In this document: positions 1 through 11,951 of the stretch, one piece after another | How positions within the stretch are numbered: the stretch's first letter is position 1 | How the letters are laid out: each line of letters opens with the position of its first letter | Assembly: GCA_965112735.1 (NCBI GenBank) | Contig: OZ218954.1 | Span: 186,001 to 250,000, forward strand | DNA from: Phaeosaccion multiseriatum | Taxonomy: Eukaryota; Protista; Ochrophyta, other classes | Reading direction: 5' to 3' | Length of the DNA stretch: 64,000 nt | The notes under the pieces: model-generated | The model's database searches: none | The model's input: the letters and a program-made list of their open reading frames with translations, nothing else | What the model was told of the DNA's origin: nothing | Program-made: the position numbers and the translations under genes

Positions 1-392
1 CTGGGCGGCACCACGCACGCGCCCACGGTCACTGGGAGGCTGCCTAGAGGCGGGCTATATAGGCCGCCTAGGACTGAAAAGTGTGCGGCCTAGAGCGGCC
101 GGAGGCCGCCGGCCTAGGCCTAGATTGGCCGAAGGCCCCCCGAGCGGCCTAGCGGCCTAGAGCAAAACCGCTAGGCGTGGATGTCCCATTGTCATCTCGT
201 CAAATCTCGTTCATACCCCCCACCGTCGGAGTGAAACGGGTTTTTTTGGTCGCTAAAAAACTCCGCACTTGCTCCACTCCAACGACGTACTCGCACCGAT
301 GACTTGATGCACCGCCGCTCCTCCTTTACCCATCAATCTCTCCGACAAGTGTGCCTCCTTGTACCGGTTGTGTTCCCTTGCATTGCTTGTGA

Positions 393-490
393 ATGGGAAG
401 CGTGAGCTCCAGCTCCTCGGTGAGGCCATACCCGCTGCCTGAATCGGCACGAGGAGTCGGCAGAAATAGGAAAGGGGTCAAGGCAAAGCC

Positions 491-526
<36 letters not shown>

Positions 527-1179
527 TGATGATGAACAGCAAGGGAGAGGAACAAGCGATCCTGCTTCACCTGTAACTGCCACGGGAAGAGGAGTGGGCT
601 TGCTAAACAATGACGAAGATGCTGTTACACAGGATTCTCCTCCCCCCACAATCCCCTCTTCTCACGGCGGGGAGCGAGGTGGAGGAGGGCCCCATTCGAC
701 TGATACTAAGCTGAAGGTGAACAAGGCGAGGCCGGTGGAGGTAGTGAAAGCCCGAGTGCCCCCCCACCCTGACCGTCAGCCCTCGCACGTGCATCTGCAC
801 GGAGTCTCCAAGCGTGACAAGGTTTGTATTCTTCTCTCTTTCTCTCTCTATATATCTATCTTTCCATCTCTCTCTCTTCTCTCTCTGTCTCTCTTCTCTC
901 TCTATCAATCTCTCTATCCCTTCTCTCTCTATCTTCTCTCTGTCTCTTTCTCTCTGTCTCTCTGTCTCTGTGTGTGTGCATGGGGGCAGGTGGGGATGCA
1001 ATTCATCCTGTTATTAACTCTCCACTCTTCTTGCTCTCAGTCCAAACCATCTCCACCCTGCCCCTCTCTCTCTGTCTACCCTTGGTGAAGATGCGGGCCC
1101 ATCCGGGGCAGGGCAGCAGCATTAACAGTCCATCAACTGCCATCCCCAGCGCGCTCCCTGAAGCAAGACAGCCCCAGCG

Positions 1180-1221
<42 letters not shown>

Positions 1222-1776
1222 AGTGCGATGCACCCCGATCCTCACAACGACGGAGACCACCACCGACGTCGTCGCCAGTGCTCACCAAGGCCGTAGCACC
1301 ACGACCACCACCACTGTTACCTACCCGGGCTGGGATGCTGGCTCCGACTCCTCCGACGGGGGGCATGAACAGGATGGTGGTGGGCCGGGGCAGACACGCT
1401 TCAGAAGCTTCGTGCGGGCTCGACGGACCTTCTTTCGCGCTATGGCTCTCGTCTCTGAAACACCGATTGGTGCTACGCTGGGACACCACACTCACAGGGC
1501 TTCCCCACATACGCCAACACGGAAATCTATCCCTGGGGCGGTAGGACAGGGGGGGGGGGCAGCAAGTCCCCTCCCAGGAGCAGCAGTTGGTGATAAGGCA
1601 GTCGCTCAAGGGCAAGGGCAAAAGCCATATGTGATGTCTGCGGAGTGTGTGGAGGAGGGCTTCAGTGAGGGCAGCAGCAGGGATCGAGACAAAGACTCAA
1701 CTGTCACAGTCACAGATGGCAGCAACGACACCCACCGAGACGATGATGCTGATGATGATGCGGATGATGATGCTGC

Positions 1777-1822
<46 letters not shown>

Positions 1823-1823
1823 A

Positions 1824-1875
<52 letters not shown>

Positions 1876-2433
1876 CGGGGGTCACGTCATTGTCGGGGAC
1901 CGTCCTGCGAGCCTTCGAATCTGCGAGCGTCGCCAGGGAGTGCACACGCTAAGGAGCGTTTTGCGTGACTTATCTCTGCGGCAGCGCCTCCGAGAGTTCA
2001 TGGTCGTGGACTTTGATGAAGCACTTGTGGATTGCTGGATTGACTGCGTGGCCTTCCAACATGCCGTCTCGGAAAAGCTCCAGCAGCCCCACCCTTCTCC
2101 TCCTCAAGGCCACAAGGCCAACCAGGACAAGAAGGACGAGCCGCAGCACCGGCAGCAGCACCAGCACCACCACAAGCTCCACCGCCACCACCACCACGCT
2201 CCTCAGGCTGCCGCGAAAGCGACTGCGAGTGTGGCAGCGGATCGGGGATACAAACACGTCGCTGTAAGTGTATCACCAACCGCTGGGGCAGGGGAAGGAG
2301 GAGCTCACGACGCCGGTTACAACGCCGACGCAGCTGCTGTATCACCAACGGGGAAGGAAGCTCTGGCGATTCTTGCGAGCCGCGCGGTGTACATTTACGA
2401 TCGGTACGTGTCTCTGTTGTGTATGGCTGTGAC

Positions 2434-2479
<46 letters not shown>

Positions 2480-5400
2480 ATCTGTGTGTGTGTGCGTGCA
2501 TGTGTGTGTGTGTAGTGTACGTGTGTGTACGTGTGTGTGTACGTGTGTGTACGTATGTGTGCGTGTGTGTGCATGTGTGCATGTGTGCATGTGTGTATGC
2601 GTGTGTGTGTATGCGTGTCTGTGCGTGAGTGTGTGCGTGAGTGTGTGCGTGAGTGTGTGCGTGTGTGTGTGCGTAAGTGTGTGTGTGTGCGTGTGTGTGT
2701 GTGCGTATGCGTGCGTGTGTGCATGTGTGTGTATGTGTGTGCGTGTGTGTACACGTGTGTGTGTGTGAGTGTGTGCGTGGGTGCATACGTGTGTGGGTTA
2801 TAGGCGTGTGTCATGTCTCTACGGAAGGGGTGTGACTCCACGATCAGGGCATTGTGTAGTCGGCACGTCCATAACATACTTATCGTGGACGGTTACAACT
2901 TATTCGAGCGCCCGAGGGAGGAGGCCATCATTCACCGCATCCCTCCCCTTCATTCCACTGACACTGCATCTTTCATTGACATACTCATACGCAGGTACTT
3001 TTGCCAGTCGTCGCCAGACTGTGTGCACATCGACAAGGAGACTCTCGACGAGATTGAGCGGGATCTGCGCATTCAAAGAGTTCAGGTGCAGGTGGGGATG
3101 GATGGCAGTGGATGGCAGTGGATGGTAGTGGATAGTGTGTGGGTTGATGTCAGGACAGTTAGGACAGTGGCTGGGTGGGCATCAGGACATAGATGGGCGG
3201 GTGTCAGGACCGAGGGTGGGAGTCAGGGCGTGGATGGGCGGGTGTCAGGACCGAGCGTGGGGAATCGGGACGCGGTGAATGTGGAGGTCGGGGGTTGCAG
3301 TGCCCGAGGAAATATTTATTGACTTATAGGAGTCGCCTAAGGAACTGAAAGTGTGTGTGTGTGTGTGTGTATGTGTGTGTAGAGGACAAAGCGGCATAAG
3401 GTATCACCACCACCTTGTAGGAGAAGAAGCAGAAAGCCTGAGCGTGACCTGAATCCTCACCCTCACCCCATGGCTCCAGACGCACGACCATGAAGCTGCA
3501 ACTCATAGTCAAACTTACGAATAGCAATGGCTCTGCCTCTGACCTTCAGCAGGTGCACAGCAGCTGTATCACCACCACGCGTAGGAAAAGAAGAAGCAAA
3601 AGAAGGAGCACAACCGCTAGTGCTAATGTATCACCAACTGCTGCTGGGGCCGGAGCTGGAACAGGAGTGCCTCGGGGGGCTGAAGTAGCTGGAAATGACG
3701 GAGGAGAGGAGGACGAGGAGGATGAAGATGGTCTGTTGCTGGCGGCGACGGCTACGGAGCACCAACCGCAGAAGGAGAGGGACAAAGAGAACGAGAGGGA
3801 GAAGAGGAACAGGGGGACTGAGAAGATGGACACCACGACTCGGATGAATGCGAAAAAAGAAGGTGAGGGATAGCAGTGGATCGTAGTGGATGGCAGTGGA
3901 TGGCAGTAAATGGTAGTGGACAGTTGGCTTGGCTGTGTCCGGCCCCACCTCCTTCTCCCCCTCCCCGCATCTACTGCCGTTCCTCTTGCTGGGATCCAAT
4001 ATCAATGAACTGAAACTGAAACTGAAACTGAAACTGAAACTGCCCCCCCCTTGCCTCCAGTGACTCGTGTCAAGCAGACAGAGACTCGGCTGCTGCGAGG
4101 GGCCTTCAAGGTAAGATATGACGTGTCAGGGCATGCGTTTCAGTTTCAGTTTAATACATTGACGGCCATTTTCTGCTCCCTCCCTCCCTCCCTCCCTCCC
4201 TCCCTCCCTCCCTCCCTCCCTCCCTCCCTCCCTCCCTCCCTCCCTCCCTCCCTCCCTCCCTCCCTCCCTCCCTCCCTCCCTCCCTCCCTCCCTCCCTCCC
4301 ACCCACCCTCCCTCTCTCCGGCCCTCCCTCCCTCCCTACCTACCTACCTCCCTACCTACCTCCTTACCTCCATCCATCCATCCTTCTCTCCGTCTTTCCT
4401 TCCTTCCTTCCTTCCTTCCTTCCAGGGAGCGTCAAAGAAGGTGTTCACAGAGATGAGATTCGACCACCTGCCCCATTTCATCGAGGCAGTCAACATAGGT
4501 ACGCCAACTGCGATTTACTACATGAGATTTGTTCGGCATTCATCTCCTATAACATTAACTATCAACTGAATGCATCATTGACTTACTGTCTATGCCCCAG
4601 GGGTGCTCGGAGATGAGCTGGAAGACGAATTGACAGCAGAGTGCGCCATGGCAAGGGCCTGGAGAGAGAGATGGCAGTGGATGGGGGGGGGGGCGGTGGT
4701 ACCGGAGGAGGAGGACGAGCAGCAGCAGGAGCAGCTGAAGCACAGACACGACCACGCGCCCCGCCAAGCTGAATCACCAACCTTCCTACTTGCCTCAAAG
4801 GAACAACACGAAGAAGGAGAGGAAATGGGAGGAGGAGGAGGAGGAGGAGGAGGAGGAGGAGGAGGAGGAGGAGGAGGAGGAGGAGGAGGCGAAGGCGGAG
4901 CAACGGAAGCAGTAGACGCAGCAGTGGCATCTGCAGAAGAAGAAGCAGTAACAGCAGGAAGAGGAGGAGGCGGCGACGGACTAGGGGGCGCAGGGGGGGG
5001 AGCAGAAGAAGGAGAGCGGGGAGGAGAGGGAGGGGGACAAGACAAGAGAGGAGAGAGCAAGAGAGGGCTTGCGGCGGCTTTTGTGGCGCTCGTGGTTGCG
5101 AGCCCTACTGCTTTCCTGCACTTTCGGGACTTCCTTTGCACCCTGCCGTTACAGAAAGAACGGCAGCAGGTGGTTGCTGTAGTGGCTGCAACGGATATAG
5201 GAGGAGGAGGAGGAGGAGGAGGAGGAGGAGGAGGAGGAGGAGGAGGAGGAGGAGGAGGAGGAGGAGGAGGAGGAGGAGGAGGAGGAGGAGGAGGAGGAGG
5301 AGGAGGAGGAGGAGGAGGAGGAGGAGGAGGAGGAGGAGGAGGAGGAGGCGAGGGAGGAAGTGAAGCAGCAGTTGTTGATACGGCGGGCGAGGGAGGAGGA

Positions 5401-5597
5401 GGAGAGGGAAGAGGAGAATGGATGGCATTGGATGGAGACGCAAGAACTGTGACTGCCCATGTTGGCACCACAACACCTTGTCCTGCTCAACAGATGGCGA
5501 CGGCCACAGCTTCACCACACACCACATCCATTGCCATCCCCACAACCACGCCCACACCCACCATACCCACGACAACAACGTTAACGACAACAACGTT

Positions 5598-5631
<34 letters not shown>

Positions 5632-8600
5632 CTGTCCTCCTTCCGTCCCGAGGCCCTGTTGGACTTCGTGCGCCATCTGTTGGACTACAGCGTGTTCGAA
5701 TCCGGGGTACGTCAGCGGCTCATTTGTCTTAAGTTTCCCGTTTCTTACGCACGTACTAATCCCTCTTGCACTGCCGAACATCCTTTCTTTCTTCTTTCAT
5801 TACTTACATAACTTACATAACTTACATAACATACATAACATACATAACCCCCCCCCCTCCCCACCGGCACTCACTCTGCGCACTGTGCCGACACGTAAGC
5901 GCAAACTCTCCCGACACCCGACACCAAGCACCCCTCTCTTGTTCTCCTATTGAGTGAGCTGAAACTCACACGGACACCCAGAGCACAACGACGTGTACTT
6001 GTTGCTGACATAACGCTGTCTTCTTCCCTCGTGGCCATACGTACTGTTATGTACTGTTATGCAAGGTGCCCACAAGGAGGAGGGAGGCTCTGCAGCGCAT
6101 GATTTGGCGCTACGAAAGGGCAAACTTCCATCTCCCCGCCATGCACGTACGTAAGGGGTTATGTAAGACTCATGTGACGGGTTCACGTAGCTCATTTGCG
6201 GCACGCGCGCACACAAACACACACACGCACGCACACACACACACACACCTTCTCGCCTCAATACTTCCACACGATGCTTGTCCACTGCACCACGCCACTC
6301 GCCAACGTCTGTATCACCAACCCGTGTTTCTCAGTCGGTGGTGCAGCTGTACGCCCCGCTCCTCTCTGCCCCCCCTGAGTCAGGGGAGGGAGAATTCGTG
6401 CCTCCCCTCTTCGTCCTCTCCAACGCTATGGAAGAAGCCCTCTCAGTGCTGCAGCAGGTGAGGGAGTTGGTGGTACACAGGAAGGAGGGAGTGAGAAAGG
6501 GAGGGAGTGAGGGAGGGAGGGAGGGAGTGGGGGAGCGACGTGAGAGTGAGTGAGTGAGTGAGTGAGTGAGTGAGTGAGTGAGTGGGTGAGAGAGTGTGTG
6601 TGAGAGAGAGAGAGTGAGAGAGTGAGTGAGTGACTGAGTGAGTGAGAGAGTGAGTGAGTGAGTGAGTGAGTGAGCGAGTGAGTGAGTGAGTGAGTGAGTG
6701 AGTGAGTGAGTGAGTGAGTGAGTGAGTGAGTGAGTGAGTGAGTGAGTGAGTGAGTGAGTGAGTGAGTGAGTGAGTGAGTGAGTGATCGAGTGAGTGAGAG
6801 GCTCTACTTAGGGGTGTCAGTCATGCGTGCATTCAAACTCAAACTCAAATCTCAAATCACTCTCCGTTCCTCCCCTCCCCTTCCCTCCCCTCCCCTCCCC
6901 TTCCCTCCCCTTCCCTCCCCTTCCCTCCCCTCCTCTTCCCTCCCCTCCTCACGTATCAAAACACATCGTCATTACGTAACAACAGTACGTGATCCCCCTC
7001 TTCCCCCAGAGCCCCAGCCACTCGTCCCTGCTATCTGCCTGGATGGCACTTGAAGGCTCCTTTGAGGCGCGGAGCGAGGCCAGCAAAGCAAGCAGCGCCA
7101 GAAATAGAGTCATGCGCCTGGCCAGGACCAAGGAGGTGAGACGCTGTAGCACTTGCTTAGACGGTTCTTAGAGTAAGAAGATGCTCGCTCTGACAAGCAG
7201 CACTCCCTCCTCTCTCCCCCCTCCCCCTTTCCCATCCGCTGCCATCCCGTCCCATCCAGCAACTGGCGAGGGAGGCCCGTCTTTCGAACGCTCTTCACGG
7301 AGCCGTAAAGAGCAAATTCAATCACCGCAAGGACTCCAACCTCACCCTCAGCGTGGGCATCCTCCCATCCACTGCCATCCCGTCCCATCCCCCCCACCCA
7401 TCCACATCCACTGCCATCCCCCTCCAGTGTAGACTTCGTGTGGGGAGGGTTTCTGTGGCTGCCATCGACGCGGCTGCAGCAGCGGCTGCAGCTGTAGCAC
7501 CAACGGCTGCGGTTGCAGCTCAAGCAGCCGCCAACGACGCTGCTGTTTCACCAACTGCTGCTGCTGGTGCTGCTGGTGGTGGTAGTGCTGCTGGATCACC
7601 AACTGCTGCTCTCCGCGGGTCGAGGGTCACGACATCGAGACCATCGAGATCGAGGTCATTGGTGTCATCAGGATCCCCTGCCGCTGCTGCCGCTCCTGCT
7701 GCAGCTGTATCAGCAACTGGTGCTGCTGCGAGAAGACCGAGTACCATCTCCCGCGTAGCGTCGGTCCTGCAGCAGCTGCAAAGCAGAGCAGTTGGTGATA
7801 CAGCACCAGCAGGAGGAGGCCATCCGTCTGTAGGCGAGGACGAGCTGCAGCAGCACCACCATCACCACCACCACCACCACCACCACCACCACCAACACCC
7901 TCACCAGCCCCCGCCGGTTTCCTCGGAGGAATCGTCGGGTAGCTCTACTCCGGACGGGGAGGGTTCCGTGGGGGGCGGGGAAGGTTCCGTGGGGGGCGCA
8001 AGCGTTACAGACAGCATAAGCGGTCCTTCTCCCCGAGGGGTCATTGTCGTGAGCACCCCCGGGGAGGCTTTCTCCCGCCGCGGTGCGTTTGTGACGAGGC
8101 ATGAGGTTGTTAAAAGACTCGTGCCCACGAATCAACACAACATTACTCTGGATCAAGTGTTGGCGACGCCTCTGGGCATATCGCTATTCAAGGTGGGTGG
8201 GTGGGTGGGAGGGAGGGAGGGAGGGAGGGAGGGCGGGAGGGAGGGAGGGAGGGAGGGAGGGAGGGAGGGAGGGAGGGAGGGAGGGAGGGAGGGAGGGAGG
8301 GAGGGAGGGAGGGAGGGAGGGAGGGAGGGAGGGAGGGAGGGAGGGAGGGAGGGAGGGAGGGAGGGAGGGAGGGAGGGAGGGAGGGAGGGAGGGAGGGGCG
8401 GAGACTGTGGAGTAGGCAGACCATGCTCTGAAGCTAGAACCGAACTTGCCTCAATTCAATTTATTCCTCCGTTCCCCCCCTCTTACCCTCCCTCCTGTCC
8501 TCCACCATCAACTGAAACTGAATCTGAAACTGCAGCGCCACTCAGAGGAGCATTTCCAGGCCGAGAACATCAACTTCTGGCTTGGCGTAGTGGATTACCA

Positions 8601-9723
8601 ACGCCGCCACTACCTCACGCCAACGCATGGGGCGCCACTGGTGCTGCCAGACAAGAAGCACGACAAAGTTTACAGGCTGGCGACGACGGTTGGGGCAGGA
8701 GGAGGAGGAGGAGGAGGAGGAGGAGGAGGAGGAGGAGGAGGAGGAGGAGGAGGAGGAGGAGGAGGAGGAGGAGGAGGAGGAGGAGGAGGAGGAGGAGGAG
8801 GAGGAGGAGGAGGAGGAGGAGGAGGAGGAGGAGGAGGAGGACAAGCGGGTGGGGAGCCAACAGAAGCAGTAGACACAGCACGGATAGCCGATGCCCAGGG
8901 GGGGGTTGTTGGCTGTCAGGAGGAAGAGGCGTATCGCCAACTTGTGGAGGGGGTTTCGGAGCTGTCGCTGGACGATCTCAAGAGCCTTAGGGCGAGGGCA
9001 CTCTACGAAGAGTTCATTGCGGTCGGATCTCCTCAGCAGGTACGTAAGGGGTACGTGAGGGATACGTAAAGCGATAAGGGGTACATAAGGGGTTGAGTAG
9101 GGTATGCTGTGTAGGGTGGGGGAGGGTCGCACATTGGCGCTTTCAGTGTTCAGTGTTAGTTCTATCGTAGCTGCTGTATATCACCATCTGCTGTACCACC
9201 AACTGCTGTACCATCAACAGGTGAACTTTGGAGAGGCAATGCGACAGGGCATCGCGGACATCATCTTCTCGAGGGACGACGACGAGCTCGGCGCCGTGCC
9301 TGACGATTTATTCGACGCCGCGCAGGTGTGTTACAACTGCTGTATATCACCAACTGGTGTACTTCGTCACTGACTTACTAAAGGGGGCCCTGTGTCATTT
9401 GAAGTGTGGATGTGCGGGAGTGTGGGTACGGCTTTGGGTTAGCCACAAAGCACAAAGGGCGCATTCTCTCTCTGTCTGTCTCTGTCTCTACATGTATGTC
9501 TCTCTCTCTGTCTGTCTCTGTCTCTACATGTATGTCTCTCTCTCTTTCTCTCACACACCGACACCCCTCTCCCTTTCCATCCTCCCCTCCCTCCCTACAC
9601 CCGTTGGTGCTTCACACTCACTCACAGGGTGAGGCGTTTTCCCTGATGCATAGTAACCTTTTTGCAAGCTTCACCGGAACAAAGGCCTTTCGCTTCTTCG
9701 CCTCCAAGTATAACGGCCCTTGA
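393..9723 (+). CDS. Multi-RGS (regulator of G-protein signalling) domain protein, 3 RGS-like domains, about 1725 aa, 14 exons
   Basis: Phase-consistent GT-AG exon chain: 393-821, 1091-2403, 2995-3091, 3553-3862, 4061-4110, 4426-4498, 4601-5706, 6066-6146, 6335-6457, 7010-7135, 7428-8192, 8536-9039, 9221-9325, 9628-9723. RGS signatures: [15 protein letters not shown]|[31 protein letters not shown]|VN..DLFDAAQ|[15 protein letters not shown], and [39 protein letters not shown] more degenerate middle copy ([20 protein letters not shown]). N-terminus MGSVSS. Confidence 0.85.
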
Positions 9724-10050
9724 CGGCAGCGTTAACGGTGGCAATGGTCCTCAACTACTCGCTTCTTCGCCTCCAAGTACCATGGCCCGCAGTGTTAACG
9801 GTGGCAACGGTCCTGAACGCCAAAGTAGATAACACACATGTAGATAAGCCCAAAGAGATAGACATGCATCCTTTTTTTTTTACTTCGTAGTAGAGTATAC
9901 AATTAATAATTAAATAATCCCTGTCCTTGTCATCGTCACGTGCGGCAACAAAACACACAAGGCTGCTCTACTCTGCGGCACACCCCCCCCTATACCCCCT
10001 ACACCCCCTGCTCAGCGGGATGCAGCACATGCTCTCTTTCTTTCTTTCTT

Positions 10051-10081
<31 letters not shown>

Positions 10082-10566
10082 GCGATGGCTACGCTCAGCT
10101 GAAGTAGTTCATCTACACAAGGCTAAGCTCCTCCCAACAACTCTCCCAACGGGAGTCCCAACGGGAGTAACAGAGTAGCAGCGCCTTAAGGAAGGCCATC
10201 CCCAAACACGCCACCCACACCCCCACCTTCCCTCCCTCACTCCCTCTCACTCCCTCTCCAGCCCTCTCCAGCCCTCTCCAGTCAGACACACGCCACCCCT
10301 CCCCTGCGATCCATCCATGCGCTGCTTCTTGGCTCTCCCTCCCTCTCTCTCCCCCTCTCTCTATCTCTCCTTGTGTAAGCCACCCCCGACTCCGAGGCTT
10401 ATGCATGAGAGGCCTTCGTTGAGAGGCAAGTCATCAGAGGAGGCCTCCAGAGGCATCAAGAGGCCTCTATAGGGGCCCTCAGAGGCCTCCAGAGGCGGTA
10501 AACAAACCCCCCCTTTCGGCAACAGGCGGTGGCTGTGTCTTGTCTGAGAGAAGCTTGTTCCTTGAC

Positions 10567-11914
10567 TTAGAGAAGCTTGTTGCGTGTCTCCTCAAGCTTC
10601 CTGAGTACATCGGCCACCTCCCTCTCCAATGCACTCGCAATGGTCTTTTGCAAGGCAGGGGAGAGGGAGCCAAACTGCTCACATAAGTCTCCATCGATGC
10701 AGTTCTTCACGGGCAGGAAGTAGCCTCGGTAGCGCAGGTGGTCCCTGGGGGGCAGAGAAGAAAGGAGGGGGGGTGTTGCCGTACGTTAGGGGGAGGGAAG
10801 AGGAGGAGGAGGAGGAGGAGGGAGGTGGTGGTGGTGGTGGTGGTGGTGGAGGAGGAGGTGGTGGTGGTGGAGGAGGAGGAGGAGGAGGAGGAGGAGGAGG
10901 AGGAGGAGGAGGTGGTGGTGGAGGAGGAGGAGGAGGAGGAGGAGGTGGTGGTGGTGGTGGTGGTGGTGGTGGAGGAGGTGGAGGAGGAGGAGGAGGAGGA
11001 GGTGGAGGAGGAGGAGGAGGAGGAGGAGGAGGTGGGGGTGGTGGTGGTGGTGGTGGAGAAGGAGGAGGAGGAGGAGGAGGAGGAGGAGGAGGAGGAGGAG
11101 GAGGATGAGGAGGAGGAGGAGGAGGAGGAGGAGGAGGAGGAGGAGGTGGTGGTGGTGGTGGTGGTGGTGGTGGTGGTGGAGGAGGAGGAGGACAGAATCA
11201 TACACAACTCTAACACTCCCTCCCTGCCTCCATCCCTAAAAGGCCCACCTGCCGCAGAGGGTGATTGAATCCCCATGCATGCGCATATGCATCTCTAGCT
11301 GAGTGTAAAAGTCGAGATCGTCAGTCGAGCGGAAGGGCAGCAGCGCGCCTATGGAGCCACTGATGGTGCTATAGAGTGCCATCTCCTCGCCCCCCGGGAC
11401 GAGGGAGGTGCGTGTGAGGGAGGTGATGGTTTCCCCCACGTAGTACTGAGCCACTTGCTCAGCCTGTGAGTTCCAGGTTTCGAGATTGATGTTGTTCATA
11501 AGTTTGTTGAGGGAGGGACAAGGAAGGAAGGAAGGAAGAAAGGAAGGAAGGAAAGAGGGAAGGAAGGTGGGAGGCATGTTAGAGGCATGCAGACAGGGAT
11601 AAAAGGGAGGGGGGGAGGGAGGGAGGGCGGGGATGGGCACTGGGATAATACACACAAGTACAAACGCTCAAGACGCTACTCTCGCCTCAACACGCCTCCA
11701 TATGCTTCCAACTGGCCAACTTCCAACTGGAGGTGCTGACCTTGTTGGGTGCCCCGTTGAGGTGGTTGGTGTCCCAGAGGATCCTGTTGCCCGTAGGGTT
11801 GTCCAGGTCATCGCTGACGTCACTGTTTGTGTGCGTGTGTGTGTTTTGGTTTGATGATTTCGTTTTGTTTGTATGTTTGATTGATTGTTTGGAGTAGAGA
11901 GAGAGGGAGAGACA

Positions 11915-11951
<37 letters not shown>

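Noticed and set aside
10629-11276. Poly-Gly/Glu/Ser ORFs
   Set aside because: A (GGA/GGT)n tract inside the last SF3B3 intron.
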